Shown: piece by piece, positions 48,254-59,700 of the stretch
Position numbering within the stretch: position 1 is the first letter of the stretch
How the letters are laid out: the number at the start of each line of letters is the position of its first letter
Assembly (NCBI GenBank): GCA_030695905.1
Contig: JAUYOL010000011.1
Span: forward strand, 7,887 to 71,886
Direction: 5' to 3'
DNA: 64,000 nucleotides
Origin: Candidatus Omnitrophota bacterium
Lineage (GTDB): Bacteria; Omnitrophota; Gorgyraeia; 2-01-FULL-45-10
Notes under the pieces: generated by a model
What the model was told of the DNA's origin: nothing
The model's input: only the letters and a program-made list of their open reading frames with translations
Database searches by the model: none
Program-made: the position numbers and the translations under genes

Positions 48254-49290
48254 ACTACTCCGGCCTGTTTTATCAGAAAAACCAGAAATACCATACTCAG
48301 GTTATGAGTTATATGCACCGTCATAGAAGATACCAGTGTACCTGTTTTTTCATATAGGAACGCCAACAAGATGCCCAGCGCCATTATGGGCAGAAATCCC
48401 ACTACATGCGAGTGTAGTGTAGCGAATATAGCCGCCGTTATCACCACAGACCATAGTACGCCTGTATATTTTTTTAAGGCATTGTACATGAAGCCCCTGA
48501 AGAATAGCTCTTCTACTATGGGTCCGAGTACAGCCGCGAAAAAACTCGAATACGTAAGGAATGCCACATCTTTTTCTTTTAAAAACATCTCTACCACAGG
48601 CTGTCTTTCGGGCACATATTTTGTTATGCTGATTATTATCGCGGTGACGGCCAATATTACCGCTAAAACCGGCAATAGCGCAATATATCCGACTATACCA
48701 TAAAACACATTTTTAAAAAAATTCTTGACCGAAAGCCCTAACGCCTCTAAATTCTCCTTATATTGAACGATAGAAAGATTTATTATAAAGACTACGGCCA
48801 ATATATCAAGGATCGTCGTATTGATTATCATCCTGATGTTATCCGATTTCAATATGGGAAAAATTCTTGCCCAGAACGCTTCCGCTATGATTAATATATA
48901 GCCGAAAAATAAAAAAAGAATGATAACCTTGCAAAGATCCCATATCGTCCATTTCGCGGCGGGCGGGCTTAAACTGCGTATGTCAAACTTTTTACTCAAT
49001 AACGACGAGAAGATGATAAAATCCAAAGACGTACCGAGCATCAGCATGGCCAGTATCAGCATCGTTGCCATGCCGAACAAAAGCATAAGCGGCCCATTCT
49101 TGCGCAGGGATTCTTCTATATCCGGCCTGCGGGCAAAAAGATCCTGGCTTAACTCCTGCCCGGCCTTAGCCTTTTTAACCTTCTCCGCCTTTTCGGGGCT
49201 TAAGAACATGATAGCGTTAAATAAAAGAACAAACACCAGTATAAGCAGATAGAGGCGCTCTTTATTGACAAAGTTTAATACTTTATTCAT
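48250..49290 (-). CDS. CPBP (CAAX/Abi) family intramembrane metalloprotease
   Basis: P..EELFFRG, FA.LH, H...N motifs; multiple TM helices. Confidence 0.92.
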   Translation of the reverse strand: MNKVLNFVNKERLYLLILVFVLLFNAIMFLSPEKAEKVKKAKAGQELSQDLFARRPDIEESLRKNGPLMLLFGMATMLILAMLMLGTSLDFIIFSSLLSKKFDIRSLSPPAAKWTIWDLCKVIILFLFFGYILIIAEAFWARIFPILKSDNIRMIINTTILDILAVVFIINLSIVQYKENLEALGLSVKNFFKNVFYGIVGYIALLPVLAVILAVTAIIISITKYVPERQPVVEMFLKEKDVAFLTYSSFFAAVLGPIVEELFFRGFMYNALKKYTGVLWSVVITAAIFATLHSHVVGFLPIMALGILLAFLYEKTGTLVSSMTVHITHNLSMVFLVFLIKQAGVV

Positions 49291-50657
49291 CCGGTCACGC
49301 CGTATGTTCTCATTCTAAAAGACGCTCCAAGCGCCTGGGCAGCGGCCTGGCACCCTTTTATATCCACTTCCGGCAGACTAAGGCATGTGATTTCTGTCTC
49401 GATCTTATTTTCCACACAATCTTTGATAAACTTTACCACCGCCTTGTATGTCTTTTCGCCAAATTCAGGTTTACAGATTTTATTGTATAATTTTTCATTA
49501 TCCGTGTTTAAGCTTATCGATACCCTGTCTATCAATCCCGCGAGTTCTTTCGCTATCGGCCTGCCGTTTATAAGGTCGCCGTGGCCGTTTGTGACAAGCC
49601 TTATAACAGCGCCTTTGGCCTTTAAATCATCCGCAACTGCTTTAACAATATCGAGCCTTGCCGTAGGTTCTCCATAGCCACAAAATACTATCTCCTTGTA
49701 CTTTTTCGGATCAGACCCTACCGCTTTCAGCACCTCTGTCAATGTCGGTTCTCTATCCAGTTTAAGATTATGGCCTTTGACAAACGCCGTCTGGGCCCTT
49801 ACGCAGAAATAACAGTTGTTTGTGCATCTGTTGGTAATGTTAAGATACAGGGAATCTCTTATTTCATACGCTATCTTGGAATATTCCTCATCGATCCCTA
49901 AAGAAAATAAGCCGTTGGCATTATGTGTGGTAATTCTCGCTATATCATCCTTTGTAAGTCCGGTTATTTTAGACCATTCATCGACTAAATAAGTAAGATA
50001 AGACGGTTCATTGCGTTTACCCCTCAGGCCTTCGGGTGATAAAAATGGCGCGTCCGTCTCCAATAAAATTTTTTCCGTCGGAACTGTCCTTGCCGACTCT
50101 CTTAGAGCCTGGGCTTTCTTGAAAGTGAGATTGCAGGTGAATGAAATATATAGCCCCATATCAAGACACGCTTTCAAAAGCTCACCGCTTCCGGAGAAAC
50201 AGTGGATGACGCCTCTTATCTTGGGACCGTATTCTTTCAGAATGCTTATGGTATCGTCGTCCGCTTCCCGTGAGTGGATTATAAGAGGCAGCTTTACCTC
50301 CTGCGCGAGCTGAATGAATCTTTTGAATATTACTTTCTGGGTTTCTTTGGATGAAAGGTTTCTGTAATAATCAAGGCCCACCTCTCCAATGGCAACCACC
50401 TTCTTATTTTTAGCCAGAGCCTTTATATCATCCACTACTTTGTCGGTAACTTTACTTGCGTCATGCGGATGTACTCCGACGGAAGCGTAGACAATATCAT
50501 ATTTGTCCGCAAGCTCCACGCACCGGCGGCTTCCCTCTATGGAGCTGCCTACATTAATGATTCGCGCAACTGCGGCCTTAACGGCCCTATCCAAAACGGC
50601 CCCCCGATCCGCGTCAAAATCCTTAAAATCGAGGTGGCAATGTGTGTCTATTAGCAT
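49287..50657 (-). CDS. tatD: TatD family nuclease fused to a TatD-associated radical SAM domain
   Basis: DTHCHL, GVHPH, GEVGLDY, HCFSG, ETDAP; then YLNITNRCTNNCYFC and FCGYGEP. Confidence 0.93.
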   Translation of the reverse strand: MLIDTHCHLDFKDFDADRGAVLDRAVKAAVARIINVGSSIEGSRRCVELADKYDIVYASVGVHPHDASKVTDKVVDDIKALAKNKKVVAIGEVGLDYYRNLSSKETQKVIFKRFIQLAQEVKLPLIIHSREADDDTISILKEYGPKIRGVIHCFSGSGELLKACLDMGLYISFTCNLTFKKAQALRESARTVPTEKILLETDAPFLSPEGLRGKRNEPSYLTYLVDEWSKITGLTKDDIARITTHNANGLFSLGIDEEYSKIAYEIRDSLYLNITNRCTNNCYFCVRAQTAFVKGHNLKLDREPTLTEVLKAVGSDPKKYKEIVFCGYGEPTARLDIVKAVADDLKAKGAVIRLVTNGHGDLINGRPIAKELAGLIDRVSISLNTDNEKLYNKICKPEFGEKTYKAVVKFIKDCVENKIETEITCLSLPEVDIKGCQAAAQALGASFRMRTYGVTG

Positions 50658-50702
50658 GTGGTTATCTCTTGTATTGTTTTGTTATAATATCATAAAGGGT
50701 GG

Positions 50703-50738
50703 GCAAAAACAAGTAGGGCACCTTTAAAGGTGCCCTAC
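50703..50738 (-). terminator. Terminator of giant gene 2 (GTAG-type REP-like palindrome)
   Basis: Perfect palindrome gtagggcacctttaaaggtgccctac (50713-50738), followed on the minus strand by TTGTTTTT. Confidence 0.75.
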
Positions 50739-50750
50739 ATTATGTATCCA

Positions 50751-50785
50751 TAACCGTCTTACCCACCGGGTGGGTAAGACGGTTA
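50751..50785. repeat. Palindromic element, downstream of giant gene 2
   Basis: taaccgtcttacccacc-g-ggtgggtaagacggtta, perfect 17-bp arms. Confidence 0.9.
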
Positions 50786-50794
50786 ATTTGTACG

Positions 50795-53700
50795 TTACGC
50801 CGAGATAAGGGTTGCGGCGACTTTCTCGTAATCAGGCTTGTCATAAGCTTGAGCGGGCCTGTAAGCAAGAATACCGCGTATAAGCTTACCTATCTCATTC
50901 TTGGCGATAGCCATGATGTAATCGTCAATCGCTATCTTTTCAGCAAATGTAAAGTGCGATTTTAAGTAGAAACTCAACAACCTGTATACAGACGAACTTA
51001 CGTCTATCTTTTCATCTACTGCGCGCATAAGTAACATTACAACATATGTATCCTGCTGGAATTGCTTCCTGTAGGGGTCTTTAGCACCCTTTGCGGTCAA
51101 TAGCTCATTCCTGTTAGCTATCATAAACCGTATGCCGGCATCTTTAAGTGCCTGATAATGCCTTTCTTCAAACCTTCCATCCGGCAGCTCATTCGGAAGC
51201 AGAACTATTGTTCTGTCCTTTACAGCGTCCGGATTAGCAAGGACACTGTGAATAAATTCATCTGCATCGCGTCCGCTTACACTATCGAGATTAAACCTGT
51301 CGCCATAATTTATCTGAGCTTCTTTTAGCTCGCCGTTTGCAAAGAATTCAGAAGTAACAAGCAGTGTGAAGCGGGTATCGGCTTGAACCGGGATCTGAAC
51401 GCCCGCCTCGTTGGCAAGTTGAATTGCGGCGTTGATCTCAATTTCAGCTGACCTATTCATTTCCGCTACTGTAAGCCTATCGGGTACATGACGCAATGAC
51501 ACAGACTGTGGCCGTTCATCTGCTGTCGTTGTTGCTGACTGCGTAAGCACGGGCTCCACGGCAAGTTTAATAGTTTCCGATCTTTTGCCAAGCACGACAG
51601 GTTGTTTATTAAAAGGAAGGATCGACTCAACAAGCGCTTTTGTATTGCTCGCGCCCAACTTATCGAATATGGTTGCAAATTCTTCATATAATGCTTTGTC
51701 AACAGCGGCACGTACATGAGGTGGTAAATTCCAAAGCATATCCTTGAATGGCGCCGGAAGTTCCTTCGCGGCATCCTTTAATGTCCCTTTTAGCCCCTTA
51801 GGCATAAAATCACCCATTATTTCGGTAATGATCTCTGCGCGGGACTTCCCGGATTGAACGGCAGCAAGTTCTCTATACATGGTGGTTTTCTTTCCATCAT
51901 CTTTAGCGGCCGCTATAGCAAGATCCGCATTCCCAAAGGCCAGATTCCACATAGGCCTGAATTTTTTGGAAAAATTTTCATCCCTTGCCATCAAAGCCTC
52001 AAGCCATTTCGCCATAGCTTCGCCGACTTCCGGCATCATATCGGCAACTATACCGAGCTCTATCTTCTGGTATTCGGTGGCAAGATGCACTTCTCCCACA
52101 TCGCCTTGTTTCATCTTACCAAAATCTTCCTTTTCAAGAGTAGAAGCGCCGTGCTGAACAAACACAGGAATACCGATTCTTTCCCAGTATCTAACATGGC
52201 GCCGATAGATACCAAAGTCTATTTCTCCACCTACGCCATGCATGGTACCTGTCTGAAGGCTTATCTTGCTTGGCCCGACCAGGCCCTCGGCTTCGGCCAT
52301 TGCCAGAATGGTCTTTGCCAGCGTAACCGATCCCAACACAGTGCTTGGGTTATTCTTATGCTTCGGGTTATCTATGTGGCGCTCTTCTATGCCTATTGAG
52401 ACAGGCATTGTCAGTCCTAACTCTTCCTCCAATGCCCTGATATAACGAATAAAACGCATTGTGATCAAAATGCTTGGCCGGTGCATATTCTTGTATAGTC
52501 TTTCTAAATGCTCTTGATGCACTGGAGTTAAAGATTTAATGTCGCCCATCTCTATCTCGTCCACCAGGCGTCGCCAGAGGGACTTTCTGCCATTGTCATC
52601 AAGCCCGTAAAGGAGATAGACGTTCTGATCCAAATATTCACGCACAAAAGCATTCTCAAGTTGTGTAATCTTGTTCAGGGTCCCCTCGTCAACCAATGTG
52701 GAAGGATCAAGATCGATATTGTATACACCCGCCAGCATGGATTTACGAATAAGCTCTTCTATAGCTTTTAATTCTTTTTCTCTCTCATCACCGCCTTTAT
52801 CATATTTCTCCTTGTTTACCTGATAATGGTCGCCCTGGGCAAAGATGAGGCCTTCATAACCCTGCTTAATGGCCGCCGCAATACTGACAGCAGTGAACTC
52901 AGCCATATCCTGCGCCGAGTAGCGCATCTCTGAGCGGGCTAATTCCAATAACAGAACGCCGACATTCTTGTCTTTGGCAGCGCGAAATAACTGCTGGTAT
53001 TGATGGTAAACATCGGTCCTTCCGTTAACAGCGGGGACTGTTATTTTACCCCACTTCCCGTCTTTTTTGGCGGCATAGAAATCATTGATCGAGGCGAGCT
53101 TCAGATTGAAACTGATCGCCGCTTCGCGCAATATTCTTTGAGCGGCAGCTTTCACGTCCGGATTCTCGCTGAAGGCCGATTCAAACGCCAGATAATCAAC
53201 TGTCTGGGAGTGGAATTTAGCCGCATCGAGAATAATCACCGAGTCCGCCGTCACTTTCAGGCTATCTCCAATATTACGCAGGAGTTCAAAAATATCCCTG
53301 GCTCTCGTCGCTGTTGTCACTGCAGGTACCACTGCCGCCATAAACGCGGATTGCGCTGTGGATTTAGTATTTTCATACGCCAACGGGACATCAGAATATT
53401 TTATTGTAGAAGCATCGGAATCCAGCACCAAAAGATTCTCAGGAGCAGGATGATTCCGGAAGAGTTCATATGCCTGCGAATTGGTTATTTTCGTGTTCAC
53501 AAGAGAAACTACTCTAAGACTTGGAAGGCCGTATAATGGTGCCAGATCAGCGACATCGGTATCATTAAGGTCTAACGAAAACACGCTGCGCTCTGGATAA
53601 CTAAGCAAGCGATCCGCGGGAAGCTCATTACCGCGAACAAACTGCTGCAATACTCTAAGCTGTTCGTCAAAACTGGGCGCGGCCGATATGTTTATCTCGG

Positions 53701-56700
53701 GCAGTTTATTGAGCGACTCGCCGAGGATATTCTTCCTTATTCCGGTCATGCCTTTTTCTACGGTCAGTGCCATATGGATCAGATCGATAATCCTCCTGCC
53801 GAATATGAGGTTGCCGTCCTTGTCAGGCCTGGCTCCTTCGACAAGAGCCTTGAATGCCTCTCCATATTTTTCATCCCGGCTGAGTTTTACAAGCAGCGCA
53901 TCATCGGCCTTTATTGCCAAATTTCCCGCCACAACCATATTAAGCATTTTGCGTGTGATATATATGTTGTGCGCTGTTCCAACTAACTCTGTTAACGAAA
54001 CCGGACCCTTTGACGAAGGGAACAGGGCCACCGCACCGGCCGTTCTATTCTTAACATATCTATAGGATTCTGTCGTTAACAAGGTCTTGGGCGAGTCTAA
54101 TGAATCTATTATCTCATCGGCATCAGGCCTGGCAATTACACAGACATTGGGCCTTCTCATATTAAAAGCTGATTCCGATTGAGAATTTATCGCATCTATT
54201 GCTGCATTAATATCATAACCGCTGGGTCTTTTAACCTTTTCGGAAGGCAAAAGGTCTCTAAGGTTTTCTTTCGGCCCAATAACGCCCAGGACGTTCTTTC
54301 CGCAAAGTTCAGCTTCTGTAAAAATACCGCTATCTTTCAAATCCACTTTACCCATTGCTTCCGATACAGGCCTTGCCCTCATGGTCCTTTGTATATCCAC
54401 AACGGTCCTTGAGCCTTTATCGGCGGCAATACACACACCGCCGTCCGAAATGACTCTTTTTCTTTTGGCTTCTTCTGTAATCAACGGAACGGCTGTAGCA
54501 ATAGCCAGTTCTCCCGTGATAATGTCAATACTATCCTTATTAGGCGCCCTTGACCTTCCGCTGTATCCGGTATCTTCCAGAAAAAGATTTTTATCTCTTT
54601 CTAAGCCTAATTCAACAGCAAGCGCCTCAGCCACAAAGTCTGCTATGCCAAGCTCGGCAAGCAGAGGGTTACCATTGACATCTGTTTTTACATTGGCAAA
54701 CTTTGCCGCCAAAAATTTGTTTCTTTTGAGGATTTTTTGTAGTAGTTGATCCTTTGCCGATACTCTGAACCCCTCCGACACAAATACGGCACTAGCGCCA
54801 TACTCATTCATTCTCGATCTAACCGCTTCGGCTATATCATATAAAGAAACGATAACGCTACCATTAGGACTTACTGACCATTCTGGAACCGCCGCAACGC
54901 TGATAGGCGACTCTAAAGCCCCTGAAACGGTCAAATAGCCCATATCGCGGCCCATCATCTGGAACACGACACATTTCCAGCTGCCGGGCTCGGGTGATGC
55001 GCGCCGTGAAAATTCGTTTGCATTCTGCCCTGCGCTGTCTGCGCCCATCGGGTATACCATCGTATCACCGTCTATCGTCTTGGGAAGGACTAGCACCATC
55101 ATGTCATCTACCTTTGATTCTTTAAATTTCTTAGCTATCTTTGCTGCCTCGCCCATATGGTCATTCCCGCCGACAAAAACCACTGTCTTGCAATAACCCT
55201 GTAAATTCGCCATTGCCTGAAGCGTTAACTCTTCGTTCAGCTTGACCCTCGACGTGCCTTGCGCGGCGCCGGGCTTGTTAAGCAGCTCATCCGCCATTTT
55301 TTGATCCACCCATACACGGTTTTCCGCAAATTCCCCGGATGACTTCACCAGCGTATCCAGGCCGAACCTTTGGATTTCAAGCGTCATGCCAAATCGGGCA
55401 AGAGCCTTTGCCAGTAACGCGAAATAATTATTTACACCCGGCGCTTCTCCGCCGCTTATCATTATTATCACGCGTTTTTCCGGAGGAACTTCACTCGGCT
55501 TGAGCCACGTCTTTACTCTTGTCATCGCAGCTACAGGCTGGTCAACCGTAGGCACAATCACAGGCTTTAATATGTCTTCGATATTATCCTGCTTGCTCCG
55601 AACGGCCTTGACATGCTCTTTAATGAATTGCAGTGAAGCTGCATAATCTTTTTTAAACGCTTCGACCCCGTCTTCCTGCAACTTTGTAGTAATTGCATTT
55701 ATGTCTATATCACATTTGGACAAGGTATACATTACCTCTTGTGCCTGAACCGCTGTCATGTCATTTCTCGGCTCGGCTTCTACGCTGGTAGCCATTATCG
55801 AGGCATGCAATGTATCTTTCGGCATAGTATTAACTGTATTTTGCAAAGGGAGATTTGAAACATACATAAGCGGTGAAAATCTGGCACCATCAGCATAAGC
55901 TTCGTTTGATTTTATCTCCGTAGAAGCCCACAGAAGTCTTTGGGGCGCGGCGCCCATATTCAGAAGCTGTTCCCATAGTCGATGTCGATATAAAAATACG
56001 TTATTAGAAACATCGGATGCAAGCACCGTGTTAGCTATAGCGGCTTTTCCTATAAGGCTCTCCAAAATTGTTATGTTAGCCGCTGTCTCTTTAGGGTTAT
56101 CCGTTCTTGCTTTTTCCTTTGCGATTGCCTTCCTTATCTGCTCATCAGCCGCATCCGGCTTACAGTTCACCCTGCTCACGAAGAAACTCGCAACGGACTG
56201 TATGTCATAGATAGGTTTACGATCGGTAACTCTCCGCTCCAAGCCTCTCATATACGCCCTTGCGACATCTTCATAATTGGAAACCCCGAAAAGAAGAGTT
56301 ACATTGACATTGATTCCATTGTAGGTAAGTTCCTCTACTGCCTTTACGCCCTCGGGAGTAGCGGGAACCTTCACCATGACGTTTGGCATTCCAATCGCGT
56401 TAACTAATCGCATAGCCTCATTAACAGTATTCTGTACATCATACGCATATTTCGGGTTTACTTCTATCGATATATATCCGTCAAGATGCTTTGTCTTATT
56501 AAAGACGGGAAACCATTCCACAGCCATCTGTTTCATATACAATATACATACATAATCGTATATCTGTTCGGGCGTCCAGCCTTCGGCTATACCATGCTGT
56601 ATTTCTTTGTCGAACATACCTGCTTTTATGGCATTGTTAATTATCGTAAGATTTGTGGTTTGACCGGTGACGCCTTTTTTCTTAAAAAACCTGATCTCTT

Positions 56701-59700
56701 CAGGCGTAAACGCGCCATCCGCCCATACGCTCTGTCCTTTTTTACGTAGCAAGGAAATACCTTTACCGGCAAGGAGCCTGGCTGTCTTTACGATACCATC
56801 CTTATCAAAACCGTGTTTTTTATACAGCTCCGCGGGCGTTCCCGATTCGCCGTATTTGTCTATACCAAGGTTTCTGACAAATTGCGGTTTTGCGTTCCGA
56901 CGGGCGAGGATATTATCTATCTTATCTCCGAGTAGTCCCGGCAATGCGTCTATCACGCTTATAATATTTCTGCCACGCTCAATGAGTTTTTCAAAATCCC
57001 TCTTGTTAGCTTCATCAGCCGTTATGGATTTGAGCTGTGTTACATTCACAACCTCTACTGAAAGGCCGTATTTTTCTGAAAGATCCTTGGCCGCATTTAT
57101 CGCTTCAGCTGTTACTACACCGGATGAAACTATTACAATGTCACGGCTTTGGCTCTTTTTTCTATTTTTCCCGGACTCGGTATCAAATATCTTATAGAAA
57201 CCGCGCCTTGCGCCTTCCTGCCAACCTTCGGGTTTATTTTGTATAACCGGAGTATCAAGCCTCGCCGGCCTTATGTAATGTATGCCGCCTTTCTTCTTTG
57301 CAACGTCATATATACCTCTAAACAATACCCTCTGTTCTTCTGCGTCAGCACCTTCATAAGTTTGAACCCCCGGAAGCGCACCAAGAACACCAAGCGAATG
57401 CGCATCCTGGTGAGTTCTGCCATCCGGCCCGGTCGCTAAACCACCGTGCGTTCCAACGATTATTATCGGAAGGTTTGCATTTAATATGGCGTTAAGCTGG
57501 TCGACCATCCTCGTAGTAAATATGCTAAATGTGCCAATAACCGGAATCTTGCCGCACGCAGCAAGGCCTGCGGCAAATGAAACCATATGTGCCTCGCGTA
57601 TACCAACCGGTATATATCTGCCTAAAAGATTATCAGCTGAAAATGTCCCGAATAACTTCGCAAAACCGTCAAATTTATTAGAACCCATCAAGTCTGCCGA
57701 CATTGCAACCACATCAATATTATCCGCGCCGATAAGTGTGAGTTCGTGGCCTGTGGCAGTGCGAGTAGCAACATTTTTGCCCTCAGGATAACCTTTCTCT
57801 AATTCCTGTATAGCTTTTTGAACTGTTGCGCTATTTGTTATCTGACGAAGCGCCTCTCTTCTCGCCCCTACACGCGCTTTATTTTCTTTTTCTATACGCG
57901 CCTTCGTGTCGGCACCTAATGATATTTTCCTGATTAGATCTTCTACAAAAGCCTTTACAGCTTCCCTATGATTTTCGGGAGTGTACCTGCCATTGCTTAA
58001 AACGGCTAAATCCGCGTCTATAATAGCGAGCGCTTCTTTAACTTCGGCTTCTTTAGGCGCTTCACCGTGTTTTGCCATTCCCGGCAGGCCCGCACCTTTC
58101 GTAGTTTTCATTATAACTATAGCCGGCTTACCGTTACCAAGACTTTTCTTTGCTTCCTGAGTAGCTCTCATTACATCTTCTATGTCTTCGCCATTTGCCC
58201 TGACTACATTCCATCCTCTTGCTTCCCAGAGCTTAATTTGGCCTTCGTAGTCAACATCAACATCAGTAACTTTGTTATCTATCTGATATCCATTCCAGTC
58301 AAGAAACGCTACTATCTTAAGCCCCTTTGCCGCCGCTTCTCTATACGTTTCATCTTGCTTCTGTTTTAAAATAGCTCCTGCATGCCTTCCGGCCTCATCT
58401 ACCTGGCCTTCTTCGGTTTCACCATCACCAATTATGCAGTATGTTATATAGTCCTTGTCGTCCATTACTGCTGCAGTCGCCATAGCTACCGCGGCGGAAA
58501 AAGCTACTCCTAAAGGGCCTCCTGAAAACTCAACACCGATCGTCTTCGCCATGTCCGGATGGCCCTGTAAGTCTGATCCGAGCTTTCTCAATGTTTCAAG
58601 GAATTCTTCCACATCCTCGGTCTTCAATTTGCCCTGTTTCTTAAGATCCGCTATACGTTTTGCAAAATACTGTGCGCGCGCCAATGCCGCATATAGGCCG
58701 GGCGCAGCATGGCCTTTTGAAAGGACAAACCTGTCCCTATATTCCCAGTTCGGATCACTTGGATCGTATCTCATGATCCTTTCACCATTAGCATTCGTTC
58801 CAAAATATAGCGCAACGACCGCTTTTAACATAGAAAGCGAACCACCCGGATGGCCTGAACCGGCCTTGTAGATCATACTTACTACATCGCGCTCGAGTAT
58901 CCTTGTTAAAAATTTCAGATCCTGTATTAATCCGGGGCTATTTAGGCGAACACCTGCCGCGAATAAGCACTCGGATATCGCGGCTTCATCCAATAAATTT
59001 AAATCCTTTAATTTCGCCAACACGCCTTCTTCGGTAATGTCATTACGCACACGGTCAACGAGTATTTTCAACACTTTTGTTTGCTCTTCACGCGTTAATT
59101 TGGCAACAGCCGGTATTTCAATTAGCCTTTTCCATACATCTTTTGCCCTGTCATCACTTATCCCGATATCCGGCATATTTTCGTTCATTACTGCGGCTGC
59201 CGCAACAGGAGCTTCGAAATCAGTATCCGTCCTGTACTTTCTGCTGTCGGGACCAACAGAAATATCACCGTACGGCGCCATTGCTTGTGTAATTCGATAG
59301 GCAAGGGTAGCAAATTCATTGTAGGTGAGCTCGCCTACTATGCGCTTTCCGCTCTCCATGTGAGTAAAATTCAAAGTTTTCTTCCCTTGCCAACTATCCC
59401 CACCCTGGCCATCCCTCCTCAGCGTCCTCCACTGCCTATATTTATCCCAATCGCCTTCAAATGCCTCCTTTACGACAGCCAGATGGAAGCTTCTTTCTAA
59501 GTGCTCATGCGCCAATAATTGATCTTTTACGGTTGTAAATCCCCCCATGCCATATAACCACACACTTGTCTCTGTTGTACCCGTTTTGTCTTTATGCCAG
59601 GGGGCAACGGCATATATCCACCCACTTTCAACACCAAAGTGCGCGGCTTGTGAGGACAGCTGTCTTAGAAAATCGCTATACCCGTAGTGCAATTCGGGTC

